NCBI RefSeq assembly: GCF_006345805.1
Contig: NC_042998.1
Coordinates: 76,198,001-76,262,000 of the forward strand
Source of the DNA: Octopus sinensis
Lineage: Eukaryota
DNA length: 64,000 nucleotides
Direction of reading: 5' to 3'
Of the stretch, positions 46,684 to 61,600 are shown piece after piece (position 1 is the first letter of the stretch; every line of letters begins with the position of its first letter). The notes beneath the pieces are model-generated. The model saw nothing but the letters and a program-made list of their open reading frames with translations, was not told the origin of the DNA and made no database searches. Position numbers and translations under genes: made by a program.

Positions 46684-49600
46684 GTGTTTTTGTTTGTCAA
46701 CCAATGTTGATCTGTTTACGTCCCGAACTAAGCAGTTCAACAAAAGATATCAGTAAAATAAATACCAGATTTTAAAAATTAGTACAGGAGTCGATTTGTT
46801 TGACTGTACCCTTCAAAGTGGTGCCCCAGCATGGCTAAAGTCCAATGACTGAAACAAGTAAAAGATAAAAGATGTAGCTGCTAAAGTTATAAGAATGAAT
46901 GTTTTTTTGTGCAGCTCCATGTCAGCAGACCTACGACCTAAAGTGTTCAGACTATAATCTTGCCTTGTTCAGTAATCTCTGACAACATTATGTAATATAT
47001 CTTTTATGAGACTGTAGAATACCATTTCTAGCTGGTAGGATAACTACATAGAGTCTCCTATATTTTCTCAAGGAATAAACGCTTGTCTCAGATGGATTTT
47101 TTTTATATAGTCCATTGTCTCAAATGTGAATAGATTTGCCTGGAGAAAGTGTTGTGCCTATGACTTTTGCAGGTCCTCTAAGACACATTTCTGACCTCTA
47201 TTATTCAGTTGGAGGAGGAGGAAGATGTGGCAGCAGCTATGTTCCTTGCAGGCTTTCCCAAACATGTGAATTCAATGATCAATTTGAACTTTTTCAGACT
47301 GGTGCTTGTAGAAAAAAATGTGACAAGCAGGACAGCCTACAAGAAACAGCAACTAAATTTACTGTAAATTACACCCTACTGTCTTTAACCCTCCCCCCCT
47401 GCCAAAAGACATTAAATAAAATAGTTGCATCACTGTGTCTCACTTCAGTCATTACTCTCTCTCCCAGTACCAGTGGTGGCTCATAGATGAAATTAGTTGG
47501 GGTGCTGCTTCAGAAAATTTTTAGTTGTTGTTTTAATATTGTGTAAAAGGAAAGAAACATATAAAAAAAAATATTTATACATAAACTTGATCGGTTCACA
47601 TTTTAGCCACTGCTGGGTAGTATGTTTAATTTATTCACTGAACACCACCGTGAATTCCTCTTTGTTTTTCAAAAATACCCCCTAAATCACAAAATAAGCG
47701 GGGAAAATCTGCCTTATTTTTCAAATCCTGTCAGCTACACTATCTGGAAGCAGGATAATAATCTGATTCTACACTTTATCATATTTATTCAAGAATATAA
47801 ACACATTTTTAAACACAACACATGTGGAGTCAAAAAGAAACACTACCTTTCATCAGGGTCGGCATTGCCTGAACTACAGTGCTCTCTCTCTCCCTAGCAT
47901 GCAACTTTCTATCTCGGACATGTGAGCATGTGCACAACAGCCAAACACTGCATCGCTGGAACTGTGAAGCACACAGTTCTATCCAAAAATTTTAGTATTT
48001 TTTTCATAAACTAGGGGATGGCTACTGACATTAAAATTAAGGATTATATAATGTACAAGTATAAAGAAAGAATGTTATCAATAAAGAATGTTAAAAGTAT
48101 AAAGAATGTTATCAATAATATCGAGTGGAAATAGGGGGTGCTGCAGTTCCACAGTGCCTATACACGAGCTGCCACTATCCAGTACTCCCTCTTCTATCAC
48201 CCATTTTCTATCACACCTACCATACTATTCACCTTGTTCCTGTTAAATCACCTTACCAACAAGCCTCATATAGCTGTCTATCATTCCCTCTCTTCTCATT
48301 ACTTTCCTCTCTTTTCTACATGCCATTGAGAAGACAGTCTTCTGGTGCTTGTGAATGAATGAACAGAAGCAACTTAAAGCAGAGAGGCCTGTTTAGTCTT
48401 GTTGGGAACAAAACAACCTTTCTAGTGCTGGTTCATCATAAAATGTATTCAATACACTATGTAAAACAAATGAACAGGGACAACATTAAGCAAAAGGACT
48501 ATCAAGTCTTTTGAAGGGGATGACTATTTCTCTATGGTAAGTACACAGTACTCACTGTAGAGTGGATAGCGCTAGGAAAAGCATTAAATCATAGAGAGCA
48601 TGCTAAAAATGAATGTACATGTGAGACATGGTCTCCAACCGGTCTGAAGAGACAGTAACTCCAAATAAGAACTGACTTGATCTATGACAATCTGTCCAAT
48701 CCATGCTAGTGTGGAAAAGTAGAAGTAAAAACAGTAATAATGTCCCAGATATTTTATCTTCTATCTTCTAATTGTCTCAGTCACCAGACCATGGCCATAC
48801 TGGTGCACCACTTGAAGAGTTTAGATCAGTGGTTCCCAAAGTGGGCGGTATTGACTCGTGGGGGCAGTGAAAAGTTCCTAGGGAGCGTTGAAGAAAAGTG
48901 AGGTGGTAAGGGGGTAGTGATTCATATAAAAAGTAGGGCGATAATGAGTTAGAGAATTCATGTAAAAACAACAAAATAATGGGTTCATTAGGTTAAGTTT
49001 TATTTGTGAAATACAGTTGCTTTGAATTTGTTTCAGGAAGGTCTATGCTTGTGATGGTTAGTTGGAGTGGAGGCACTAGGAATGTGGCCTGGTTGTCAAA
49101 AGGGCGGCAGCCTGTAAAAGTTTGGGAACCACTAGTTTAGATGAACAAATCGACCCCAATACTTTTTTCTTAACCTGATACTTATTCTATCATTCTCTGT
49201 TTGCCAAATGCTAAGTTACGGGGATGTAAATATGGGGAACAAAGACACACACACAAGTGTGTGTATATATATATAAGATCATCGTTATTGTTATCGTTTA
49301 ATGTCTGTTTGAATCTATTTATCCATCCAACAGGCAAGCTGGGAGGCTGCACCAGGCACCAATCTGATTTGGCAAAATTTCTACAGGTCGTTGCCCTTCC
49401 TAATGCCAACCACTCTGAGAGTGTAGTGGGTGCTTTTTATATGCAACCAGCACAGGAGCTAGTCAGATGGTACTGGCATCAGCTACGTTTGAATAGTGCT
49501 TTTTATGTGGGGTGCCAGTCAGGTGACACTGGCATCAGTCATGCTCAAATGTTGCCGTTTATGTACCACCGGCACAGGTGCCAGTCAGATGGCACTGACA

Positions 49601-52600
49601 TCAGCCATGCTTGAATAATGCCTTTTATGTTCCACTGGCATGGGTGGCTCTGGCATTGGCCATGACTTTGATTTCACTCATGTGAAAATTGTTTTGGGCA
49701 TTTATACTTACTAATCTGATAAATAAATTTACTGTAAGAGTAAATTTTATGAATAATTTACTTTTAATAATATATTTTTATTTACTTTTTTTTCAGGATA
49801 TTTTGTTACATATTGACTGTTAATAGTTTTTTCATTTAATAATTCCTACTTTTGATGTAATATTTTTCATAGTTGATTGAACTGAAAGCAGAACTTTTTA
49901 GGAAACAAGAAGAGTTCAAGAAAGAAAAACTTAAATTTGCATCAACTAATTGCATTAAAGGGAAAACAACTGCAAAAGTAAGTACTTCTATGTTTCCAGC
50001 AAAATTTTGTGAGAAATTAAGGGTTGGTTGCACTTAAAAATAACTAAGAGTTGCTGAATTGTTTGTAAGAGAAGTTTAGACTGTGTATAAATTTTTTGTG
50101 AAGAAAATTGAGGTGAATTTAGTACACTGATGGGTTCTGTCTTCAACCTTTTTCTCCACATTCAAAATTCTTTATGTAGTAGATACAGAGTTGAAGATTT
50201 CAACATCTTTCGGAAGATTTATATACTTATTTCTTGGCTCACAAAGAATTTGTCAAATATCTTCAGAAAAACTTTCAAATCTGGAAGTATATTCAGAATC
50301 CAAATGCATAAAAGTTAATATGGCAGAGACCAAGACAGAGAGAGAGAGAGAGAGAGGGATAAAGGATACAAAATATTTCATAATAATATCTCTTGAAGTT
50401 TGTTAGGAACCAAGTCTTAGATGATTTTTAATTAATCAAAAGAAAGGAGCAGTGCTCATAACTGTGACTGTTTGGATAATGGTAAGAATAATGGGAGTAG
50501 AGCTAACTAAGGTGACATGTTACTTATAAGTTCAGGAGGGCAAAGTTCATTGCAGTAGAAGAGGTAGGGTGAACAAACAGTATGGGAACTAGTGGTTGTA
50601 GTACATTGGTAAGTCTTGACAATCCTCCTATGAATCCTATTCTTTTGTATACAGTATAAAATAATTGTATGTGCTTAGCAGCCTGCACTGTCCTAGATAT
50701 ATATGCAGTACTCTATTGACAATTACATCTGAAGTAGTTATTGTTGAAATCTTGGGGGAAACCTAGTTAAAGGAATGAAGTGGTATCTATGTTACTGATA
50801 TGTAGTTGTCATGGTGGATCATCAGGAGTTGTGGGGAATTTGTAGCCACCTAGTTGTGTAGAGAAGTGTATAGTTATTGCAAGGTTGTTTCTTTCCTATG
50901 TCTAGAGATTATGTTTTGCTGCTGTCCAGGAAGATTAGGTTATATTTATTCACTGAAAAATATTCATGGTCTTTGATCATGGAAACAGAGTATGTCTGTC
51001 ATGAAGTGTCTAGACCGAATGCTGATGATGCTTATGTGAAAAACATTAAGGAGGTATTAACGGTGACATTATTTGGATAAGAGAATGTGTGTGTGGAGGT
51101 GGAGTAGAAGCAAAGATTGTGTCCCAAAATTGGCCCTCATCTTTAGTATAAAAAAATGCTTCAAGCTCAAGTTAGACTCACAATAGAATAGTACTCCCAT
51201 ACCAGGACAGTGCAGTTGCTAAGCCTACTAGCATCTTAGGCTGCATCCAAAAGGGCCACCTGACTGATTGGTATGGTGTTAAACACCAACACCCTTCAAC
51301 CTTTGGTCCACAAACTTATTGTCTCTTCACTCTGCTTTACCTACTGCTAGTACAGTGGCTATGGTCTCATACCAGTTCCACTCTGGACTACTTGACTCAT
51401 CTCTCCTCCTCTTATTCATATTTTATTATCCCTCCCCTGGTACCATAGTAACCACTATGCTGAATCTTTTCTCTGAATTTTTCCTGCAGACATTGACTTG
51501 CAGTTGCTTAAGAATAACATCAATCTCATCAATATTAGAGATGCTGCAAGAGCCTATGGCGTGAGGAGCTCCCTATTTCCAAACTAAACTAAACCAAACC
51601 ATAAAAGAATAAAATAGAAGTGCCAGCAGGTAATAGCATTGTAGGAGACATAATGGAATCTTGTAGTGCAGCACAATTCATAGGCAAAGAAGCTTCATTA
51701 GCATGTTCTGGAATGGTGTAGGCTATTAACTCTTTAGCATTCAGTTTACTTTGTCAAATTTAATACCTATTTATTCTCATTGTTTTGAATTAATCATGTG
51801 CTATCTCACAGTTTTGAGATTTTGATTTTGAGACTGTTTATTTTTAGAATGATATTGTAAGGTTGGTGTGAGAGACAGAACCTTGCCAGTTCAAACATAA
51901 AACAGGTAGAATATTTGGGTCAGAAATGGCCTGTTTAAATACTAAAAGGATTTATGGGCAGAAGGAAGAGCAAAGTACCACTGCAGTGAAAACTAGGAGA
52001 TAAAATCCTCTGTAGATACAGCTTTATGGAAACTGTTATTATTAAATTTACATTAGCTGATTCACATCATTATACTTAATTTATCAGTAATTTTCGTACT
52101 TCAGAAAACAACAATATGGAGTAAAAAAAATTATGGAGTTGCTGAACGAGCTAAAAGGGATTATGTTGCCAAGAAAGAAGAAGAGGACTCATTAGAAAAA
52201 TCTCGGTGAGGATTTTCTCAGTTTTCATACATGTTTCTTTTATCAACATTTTAAAAAGTTGCTTGGTTCTTAATTCTTCTGATTTTGATATTTTGCAGAT
52301 ATATATAATATAATTTAATGGTGCTGGTATGGCTATGGGGCAAGAAGTTTGCTTCCCTATCACACTCTAGGTTCATTCCCACTAGGCGTTGACTTGGGCG
52401 AGTGTCTTCTTCTATAACCCTGGGTTGAGCAAAGCCTTGTGAGACAGAAACTGAAAGAAGTCTGTTGTATTATTGTCATAATTTAATGTTCATGTTTCAT
52501 GCTGGAATGAGTTGGATGGTTTGACAGGATCTGTTGGGTCCAAAAACTGCATTGAGCTTGAATCTGCTTTGGCATAGTTTTTATGGCTGATTGCCCATCC

Positions 52601-55600
52601 TAATGCCAACCGCTTTACAGTGAGGAAGGGTGCTTTTTTTCATGTCATCTGCACTGTTGAGGTCACCATACAGTTCACAGGTCTATAAGCCCTGGGGGAG
52701 GTGTGTGTGTGTGTGTTTCATGGTAGCATTTAAGGGGATTACTGTGAGGGGGATATGTATGTGTGTGCATGTTATTGTCTCCTTGCCTGATATTGCATGA
52801 TAGTTGTAAATGAGTGTCAATGTCATGGTAGCGGTGTCCTTCGTTTCTGATTTTTTTGTGAAACATGTCTGGTCATGGGGAAATATTACCTTACTTGGAA
52901 GCATATGAGGGTTGGCAACAGGAAGGGCATCTGGTCATTGAAAGTTCACCTCAACAAATTCCATCTAATCCATGCAAGCATGGAAAAATAAACATTAAAA
53001 TGATGATGGTGATGATGTTCTCACTATTATGTAAAATATTCTATAATCTGTTAATGTAGTTAATGAAATGTAGTTACAGATGAATGAGTTTACTATACTA
53101 TACTAAACTTAATTCTACACAATAATTTATAAACTTACTGCAATAGATAGAGAATATAATTTAGGATTTTTTTTAATGAATTTAAAGAAATACAATAAAA
53201 GCGGAGAAAAATAATGTTATGAATTGGTTAGAAAAAGACCATGAGCAATAATAGTCAAGAAATTACAAAATAAATTAGTATTAATTTTACTTTATATCAA
53301 GACGTTTGGATAATGATATTTCTAGTTAAGAAGGCTTCAGGTATGTTTAAAAGTGATTGGTGATTGTTATTTGCATTTTTCTTTATGTACAATGAAAACA
53401 ATATTTCTTTTCCAGAAAAGCTCTTGAATTAAAAAGCCAACTCTATGAGAAAATAGCTAACAATCAAAATATTCCTGGTAAGTATATATTGTTTGTTTGT
53501 AAAGTGAATTGTTTTTTAATCCATCATATTGATTGATTAATTAAAGTTTCAGCTTTTGTTTGGCATTATTCAGTTTTCTCCAACAATTGGCTGCCAGTTT
53601 TACAGTTTCTGTGAAGATGCATGGTCTGGTGCTTAGGATGTTACACATACCATCACAAGATTGTGGTTTTGACTCCAGGACTTGGTGACATGTTGTGTTC
53701 TCGAGCAAAATGTTTCATTTCACATTGCTTCAGTCTAACCAGCAGTGAGTAACCCTGCAATGAACTGGTGCCCAGTTCACAGGAATGTTGCGATCTCAGT
53801 CACTTATACACCATGGAAACTGGATAACCACCCCTATAAGTTCTAGGACTCAGTACCGTATTTATGTTACTTTTTATGGTTTCTAGAGATCATGGTTGTG
53901 AATCCAGCCTTATAATGTAAATGAAAGAGATTTCAATAATTTTCTTGAATTAGACTAATCATATATATATACATATTTGTCTATTAGAAAGAAATTATTA
54001 TTATAATGTTTGTTTGTTTCTATATACTGGTGATTACCACTTACACATACTATCTTTTCTCTGTTTACTTCCTAAATTGATGGTGATGTTTTTTTTTTAT
54101 AATGTTGAGGAGTTACATCTGTAACTCTGTATTTCATAGAGAAGTGTACCCTCCTTAAAGCTAAATCATAATAATAATGAAAGTAACCAGAATTTTAACT
54201 TGTAATTATTAGTTCCATAAGCTTATCTCCTGAATCACTACATTAAACTTTACTAAATACATGACTTATATTTATGGTTTAATTAGCTATTAATTATATT
54301 ATTTTGTTTGATATTAGATGAAGATGGAAGCCAAATTTTCCTTGTTGATTTTCAAAAGAAAGCCATTGATAAAATCTCTAGTGAAAAACATAAGATTTCA
54401 TCAGAGGAAACAGAACAAGAGTTTGATAGTTCAACTGATGATCCTGAAGAACAATGGTAAACATTTGTCACCTGTTTTACATTCCTCATTTATAAATTTT
54501 GTTTTACAGTGTTTTTACATTTGTTTTTCTTTGCTGCTATTGTGTGTGATGGTTCTATCATCACCACTGTCATCATTATTGTTTTAATGCCCAGCTTTTC
54601 CATGATAGCATGGGTTAATTGAGATTTACTGAAGCGATTTTTCAACGGTCAGACGTTTTTCCTGTTACCAACTTTCACCTAGGTACTATTTGCTCCTGAT
54701 CTTTCAAACAACAAACAGCTAAATGGCCACACACAATTTTATGGCAGATGTAAACAATAAGACCATATGTATGGTGACATTGGTTTTGCAGCATGCAAAA
54801 GATATCAAGACAATCAGAAGGTACAAACAGATACACACACTCCTGGCCTATAACTTATGGCTACAAATTTCACTTGCAAGGCATTGGTCAACTCAAGACT
54901 ATATTAGAAGACACCTGCCCATAGTGTCATGCTGTAGGAATGAACCTCAAATCTCATGTTAGCATTGAAAACTTCTTAGCAATGTGATGACGCCTACAAC
55001 TGTACCTTTCTATAAATATAAATATGTACAAAATTTATTGAAGTAAGACTTGTAACACCTAATTTTTAACTTGGTGGAAGAAGACAGTAATGGACTCATC
55101 TATCAATTCTGATTGATGACTGTTCTAGTTGTTAAGTCTATCATCTCCATAGGTGGCTGAGTGTTCTATGGACACATGGAATCAAGTCCATCTACTTAAT
55201 TTCCTTCATATACTTTGGATTAATCTGAGGCTGTGTTACATTATCCTTGCTTAAGGTATTGCTCAGTGATCAAATCTGGGACTGTGATTACAAAATGATC
55301 TTTTTAACAAATCAGCCATGCATTCATGTAGGCATATTTTTACCCCATCATCTACCCATCTTATATCTCTCCTTTCTATGTGTTTCTTTTGCCTTTTTTT
55401 CTGGTGTAAAATGGAATTGAATTTGCATATTAATAAATATTACCATTGTATATTATAGGATTGAGTATACAGATAGTTTGGGAAGAACTCGGACTTGTTT
55501 GAAGAAAGATTTAAAGTTTATGCAGGAAAGAGATAAAGAATTCGGCTTGCTTCCTACCAAGTAAATTACTTTTGTTCTTTTTTTCAGTTAGATAAATTAA

Positions 55601-58600
55601 AGTTGAAGATATAATAACACTTTCCTGTCTACAAATATTAATAAAAATTGATATTACATTGGTTTCAAATTCTGGCACAGGGACAGCAATTTCGGGGAAG
55701 AGGTTAAGCTGATTATATGCCCCCCCCCTCCACTCCGGTGCTGCTGGCACATAAACGCACCCCAGTGTCATGCAAATAGCACCTGTGCTGGTGGCACGTA
55801 AAAGCCGCCCCCCATTACACTCTCAGAGTGGTTGGCATTAAGAAGGGCATCCAGCCGTAGAAAACTATGCCAAATCAGACTAGAGTCTGGTGCAGCCCAG
55901 TTAAACTGTCTGGCCCGTGCCAGCATGGACAACGGATGTTAAATGATGACGACGACAACGATGATGATGATGTTTTCCATGCCTGCTTAAGTCAGATGGA
56001 ATTCATTAAAACAACTTTTTAGAGGTCAGATGCTCTTCTCACAAACCTTTACTTGTTTCTAAGCAAGTTAATATTTACTCATGTCTAGATATGTCTTCAT
56101 GGAAGATTGGAAATAATAGTTTACCATTATCATGCAATGTGAAGACAAAGCAATATAAATGCACACACTGTTGGCTTCTTTCAATTTCTATTTACCAAAG
56201 TATACTCAAGGCTTTGATCAGGACCTGGGTCTATAGTAGACAACACTTGCCCAAGGTACCACACATTGGAACTAAACCTGAAATCACATAGTTGGAAAGC
56301 AAACTTCTTAACAACTCAGCCATGTCTAAACCTGTATTTTTAATGCATTTTTCTCGTTTTTTTTTTTTTTATATTTTTATCCCAAATTTACTTAAAACAG
56401 TTGATTTATTGTTGTTACAGTAAAAATTCTGAAGAAATTCAAAGTCAATCGAATAGTGAATCAGATAAATCTGAAATACTTGAGCCACAAGAAAGGTATC
56501 GACAAATGCTACATGAAAAATGGGATGCTGAAGAAAGAAAGGCTGTTGAAGGACCAATTGGTCCAATTCATTATGAAAACGTCAGATTCGATGGTAACAA
56601 ATATATTTCTTTGTTTTTCGTGTAACTCTTTATAAATAGTGTAACTCTCCTTGTAGATTAGTCAGAGAAGGACAAGCAGGGTGGTCTCCAGGGTTGGTGA
56701 AGGAAAGAAAGAAAGAAACTTTGACTTAGAGATTACTCTAGTAGGAAGCAATGTAAGGAAGTATTGAAAGCTTGCAACGGAGTGGACTACACCCAATGAT
56801 TAGTGAATTAAACTGACCAGATTAAGTGTACCACCTAAAAACAAACATATAAGTACAGGTGTGGCTAAGAAGGCCACTTCCCAACCACATAGTTTTGGGT
56901 TCAGTCCCACTGCATGGCACCTTGGGCAAGTGTCTTCTACTGTATAGCCTTGGATCAGAGTGAAAGTGCTTGTAGTTCTTTTTATAGATAAAAGTTCATT
57001 CATTCAACAAGCTTCCATACAGTTTCCATCTGGCTTGGTTCTATCTGAAGATAATGTAGAAGCCACTTACGCAGGGTGGGATTGAACCTAAAAACTACAT
57101 GATTGTAAAGTGAACTATTAACCATATAGTCATACTTGTAGCTGTAGTCATTCTTCAATTGTAACTCGGTAAACAAATACATCTTGGCATTGTACATAGC
57201 ATCATCATCATCATTCATTTTATTTCTGGTTTTACATGCTGGCATAGGTTGGATGGAATTTGGATGCCCTTCATGATGCAGCCTTTTTGATATAGAATAC
57301 TTATTCTCACAATAAAATTAATTCAACATATTGCAATTGAATTTTGTTGCTTACGCTATGCATTCATTTTCTTTACATCAAGTGCATTTTTCTACCTCCA
57401 AAGCAACATCTCCAGTTGATTTGGGTGGCATAATTTTTTACTCAGCACTTTGCATATATGGGAAGTGCTTTTATGCTCTGTGCTCACATTCCTGTTCTTG
57501 ATAGTATATAAGAAGTTGGGTATTTGTGTGAGTAAATGCAGCTGAAATATGTGATGTTATAAGGACCTCATCTTCATAATCAATGCTTGTGGTTGTGTGC
57601 ACTATATTCTGAATACAAAAAAAAGGTCCTTGCTTGTCTCATATCTCTCTTTTTACACTCTTTGCTATTTAGTAAAGCCATGTAAGTCTTTTGTCTTTAT
57701 ATCTAACTTCTAAATGTAGTTTCCACTTCCTTGTCTATTTTTTTTCTGTATTAGTGATTTATTATTTATTTTACTTTACTCTTTGATGAAGTATCTATTT
57801 CTAGTCATTTAACAGCTACTAAGATAAGAATTTTTAAGTGTATACTGTATACATCCTGGTATTGAGAAGAGAAATACCGTATCCTTGTATGTCGTAAGAG
57901 GCTGCTAAAAAAAGTTGGTGTCAAGAAGAGTATCATCATCATCATCCTTTAATGTCCATTTCCCATGCTGGCATGGGTTGGATGGTTTGACCAGAACTGG
58001 CAAGCTGCACCAGATTCCAGTCTGATTTGGCTAATTCAAAGTCTCATCTAATCTATGCAGCTTGAAAAAGTGAATATAAAAATGATGACAATGATACTGA
58101 TGATGATGATGATGTAGTAACAGTACTAGTTATTCCTGATTCTATACCAAATCCTAAATAATGCAAAACTTGACTTTTCTTTAAATGTTGGTTTTACTTT
58201 AAAATGTCAAATATTTTAATTTTCTTTAACTAAAAATTATTTTGGTGACTTTTTCTTGTCAGAGGTTCGAACTCATGGTGTTGGTTATTTCCGTTTCTCT
58301 AAAGAAGAAGTGGAAAGAAAAGAACAAATGAATTTACTTAATACATTGCGAGACCAGGTAAATATATTACTATCCACCAGTCACTTTCCCTTAATTTTAT
58401 CCTTTATATTCATCTGAACTCTCTGTCTTTGTAATTTTTTCACCTGAACACACTTACCCCTCTCTCTCCTTGGTAGTGAATTGGTATGAAAAGGATGGTC
58501 TTAATTTTGCATCTTGTTGGCAACAGTGCGTAGAAGTAACTGTGTTCTGAGGGTAGTAGTGTATGTAAAAAGGGCTGCTCTTTGAGCCCAGAATGTTTTA

Positions 58601-61600
58601 CAGGCATGGTGTGTGCTTAAGTAGCTTGCTTCCCAACCATGTGGTTCTGAATTCTGTCTCACTTAGGCAAGTGTCTTCTACTATAAAAAAACCCAGGCCA
58701 ACCAAAGCCTTCTGAATGGAAACTGAAAGAAGCCTATTATATATATATATATATATATATATACATGCCTGCATGTATATGTGTATACCCCTGTGGTAGC
58801 TGTAAAAGAGCATTGTTAAACAAGCAAGGTTGTTTCCTGTCTTCCGTGAAAAACATGTCTAGCTACAGGAAAATATTATTTTGTTTGGAAATAAATGAAG
58901 GTTGATGACAGAAAGAGCATCCAACTAGAAAATCTGCTTCAACAAATTCTGTTTGATCTATGCAAGCATGGAAAAGTAGACGTTAAATGATGATGATACC
59001 ACACAGTATGTGTGGGCAGCAATGTATGTGAAAAGAGATACCACTGATTAAATATGTGTGTTAATATATAGTACATTGATTGGTGAGAAGTATTTCAATT
59101 ATCAGGTAATGTGAACTCATGTGTCTACCAAGATATAAAATGAATTTTATCTTTCCGCATCTATTCATTATACTTAAGTTATCCTTACTAGATCCTATAT
59201 CAAGCAGACTGCTTTTCCTTCTAACCTGTTTGAAGTTATCAAGAAGTGGAGTTAATCGTCATCATCATTTAATGTCTGTTGTCCATGCTGGCATGGGTTG
59301 GATGGTTTGGCCAGAGCTGGCAAGCTGTACCAGACTCCCGTCTGATTTGGCATAGTTTCTACAGTTGGATGCCCTTCCTAATGCCAACCACTTAACAGTG
59401 TGCTGGGTGTTTTTACATTCTTTTATTCTTTTACTTGTTTCAGTCATTTGGCTGAGGCCATTCTAGAGTACCACCTTTAGTTGAACAATTCAACCCCAGG
59501 ACTTATTCTATCGGTTTCTTTTGCTGAACCACTGAGTTATGGGGAAGTAAACACACCAACATTGGTTGTATAGGTGCCATGCAGTGGGACTGAACCTGGA
59601 ACCATGTAGTTGGGAAGCAAGCTTCGAATGTATTTTTTTAAAGACATTTAAAGGCATGGCAGCGTGGTTAAGAAGTTTATTTTCCAGCTGCATGATTTCA
59701 GATTCAGTCTCATTGCACAGCATCTTGGGCAAGTGTCTTCTACTATAGCCCTAACCTGATTAAAGCCTTGTGAGTGGTTTTGTTAGGCTAAAAACTGAAA
59801 GAAGCTTATTGTTTATGTGTGTGCATGTATATGAATATGTATTTTTGCTTATATTTATGTTCATCTGAAAATCATTGAGATATAAGTAGTGACATTGTTA
59901 TTTCTTCTGTCAACAAATCATTTTCTGGCTTTTACACCTTCAAAGATGTGTGGAAAAACAGATCCTTCACTTCAAGAGGCGATAAATATTAGTAACAAGA
60001 AATGCATCTTGCTATAAAAAAATACTTCTATTATAAATGCATCTAATGATGCTTTTGTTAAAGATAATACCTTTAGTTGTCAATTCATGCTTATATTTAT
60101 GAGCCTAGTTGTCTATATACTCATTTGCAGAATTATTTGTTTGTTTTTTCTTATGGTTATTCTTTTTACATGTTCTTTCATGTAATCCCACATTATATTG
60201 TTCTGTACATGTTTTTGTGAATCCTTAGAGGTTAATACAAATTCAAAAACAACTAAAAAAGAAACCTCATTATTTTGCTGTTAGGGACACTGTGTTTCGT
60301 TTTGCAGCCATACCAGAAATTAATATGCACACCAGGAATGTGTTTCATATGCAAATTGGTCAATCCAATAATGTTACACCACTAAACTTAGTGGGTGTTT
60401 AAGCAATGTGTTCATAGATAATGGGTTGGATGTGGTGCTGAAGGACACATACACCCATTACCTATATAAACAATCGCATTGTTTATAAAGACATATTCAT
60501 TTACAAAAAGTCGTAACTTTCAGTGTTGGCTCTAAAATTCCAGAGAAAATCTGTAGAGATAAACTTAAAAGTGATTATTATTTTGGTTATTATTATCATT
60601 AGAGTCAAGGCAGGTAGTTGGTAGAACTATTTAGAGCCTATAATGTCTTGCAGTATTTAATCTCATCCTTTCAGGTTCTTAATTTAAATCCTGAAAAACT
60701 CATCTTTGCCTTTCATCCCAGAAGGTTCAGTGAAGCAAGAACCTCTCTTAAATTGAGGACATCAGAATTATACTTTTTCCTTTAAATTTATCACCACTGT
60801 TAAAGTTAGAAATTATTTGTTAGCACTGCTCCATTACCAAAGATGGCTTTCAGTTTTGCTTCTGGTATATTCTTGGCACTATATCTAAATACTACTTAAT
60901 CACTTGTAACCTTGTTTACACTAGACAAAAGACGAAAGAACCAAACGGGAATTATTAAAAGAAAAGCGCGATGCTATGATGGCAGCCCGTCTGAAAAAAG
61001 TCAAAGATCGTCAAAGAGCTAAACTTGGCTTACCACCTGAAGTAGAGGAGCCAACAACCGGTATGAATTTTTACAAGTTAAATTTCAAATTATGAAAATC
61101 ATCTTAATTGCAATTGGTTATTTTTGGGAGTAACAGGAACAGTACTCATGCCAAATGATTTGCAGTATTATGCCTCTTGTATTTTGAGTTCAAAACCTGA
61201 TGTTGCTACAAAAGTACTTTCCCTGATAGCAGCTGGGCCTATATTGTCATGGTAGGTGATGGGGACAAAAAACCAAAAGACTAATGGCAACTGGTTCCAA
61301 AATATATTGACACTTCTTTCTTGCAAAAGAATATTAACAGAAATAGAATACATTTAAAATGTTAAATCAAGAGCATATCTTTGCTAGTTGTTTTCTTCCA
61401 ACATTTTAACTCAGTCTTTGCTGAATCATTATCATTTACAATGGAAAACAGACCTGTAGCATGACAGAGAAAAAGAGGAGAGCAGGGATGATATTTGAAT
61501 TGGTCTATACCATGGCAGAGACAGGGGAATGTCCAAGCCAACTTGTGGTATTGCAGAGTGTGTAGGAGATATTTGAGCTGACCTGTGACAAGGTTGAGAT

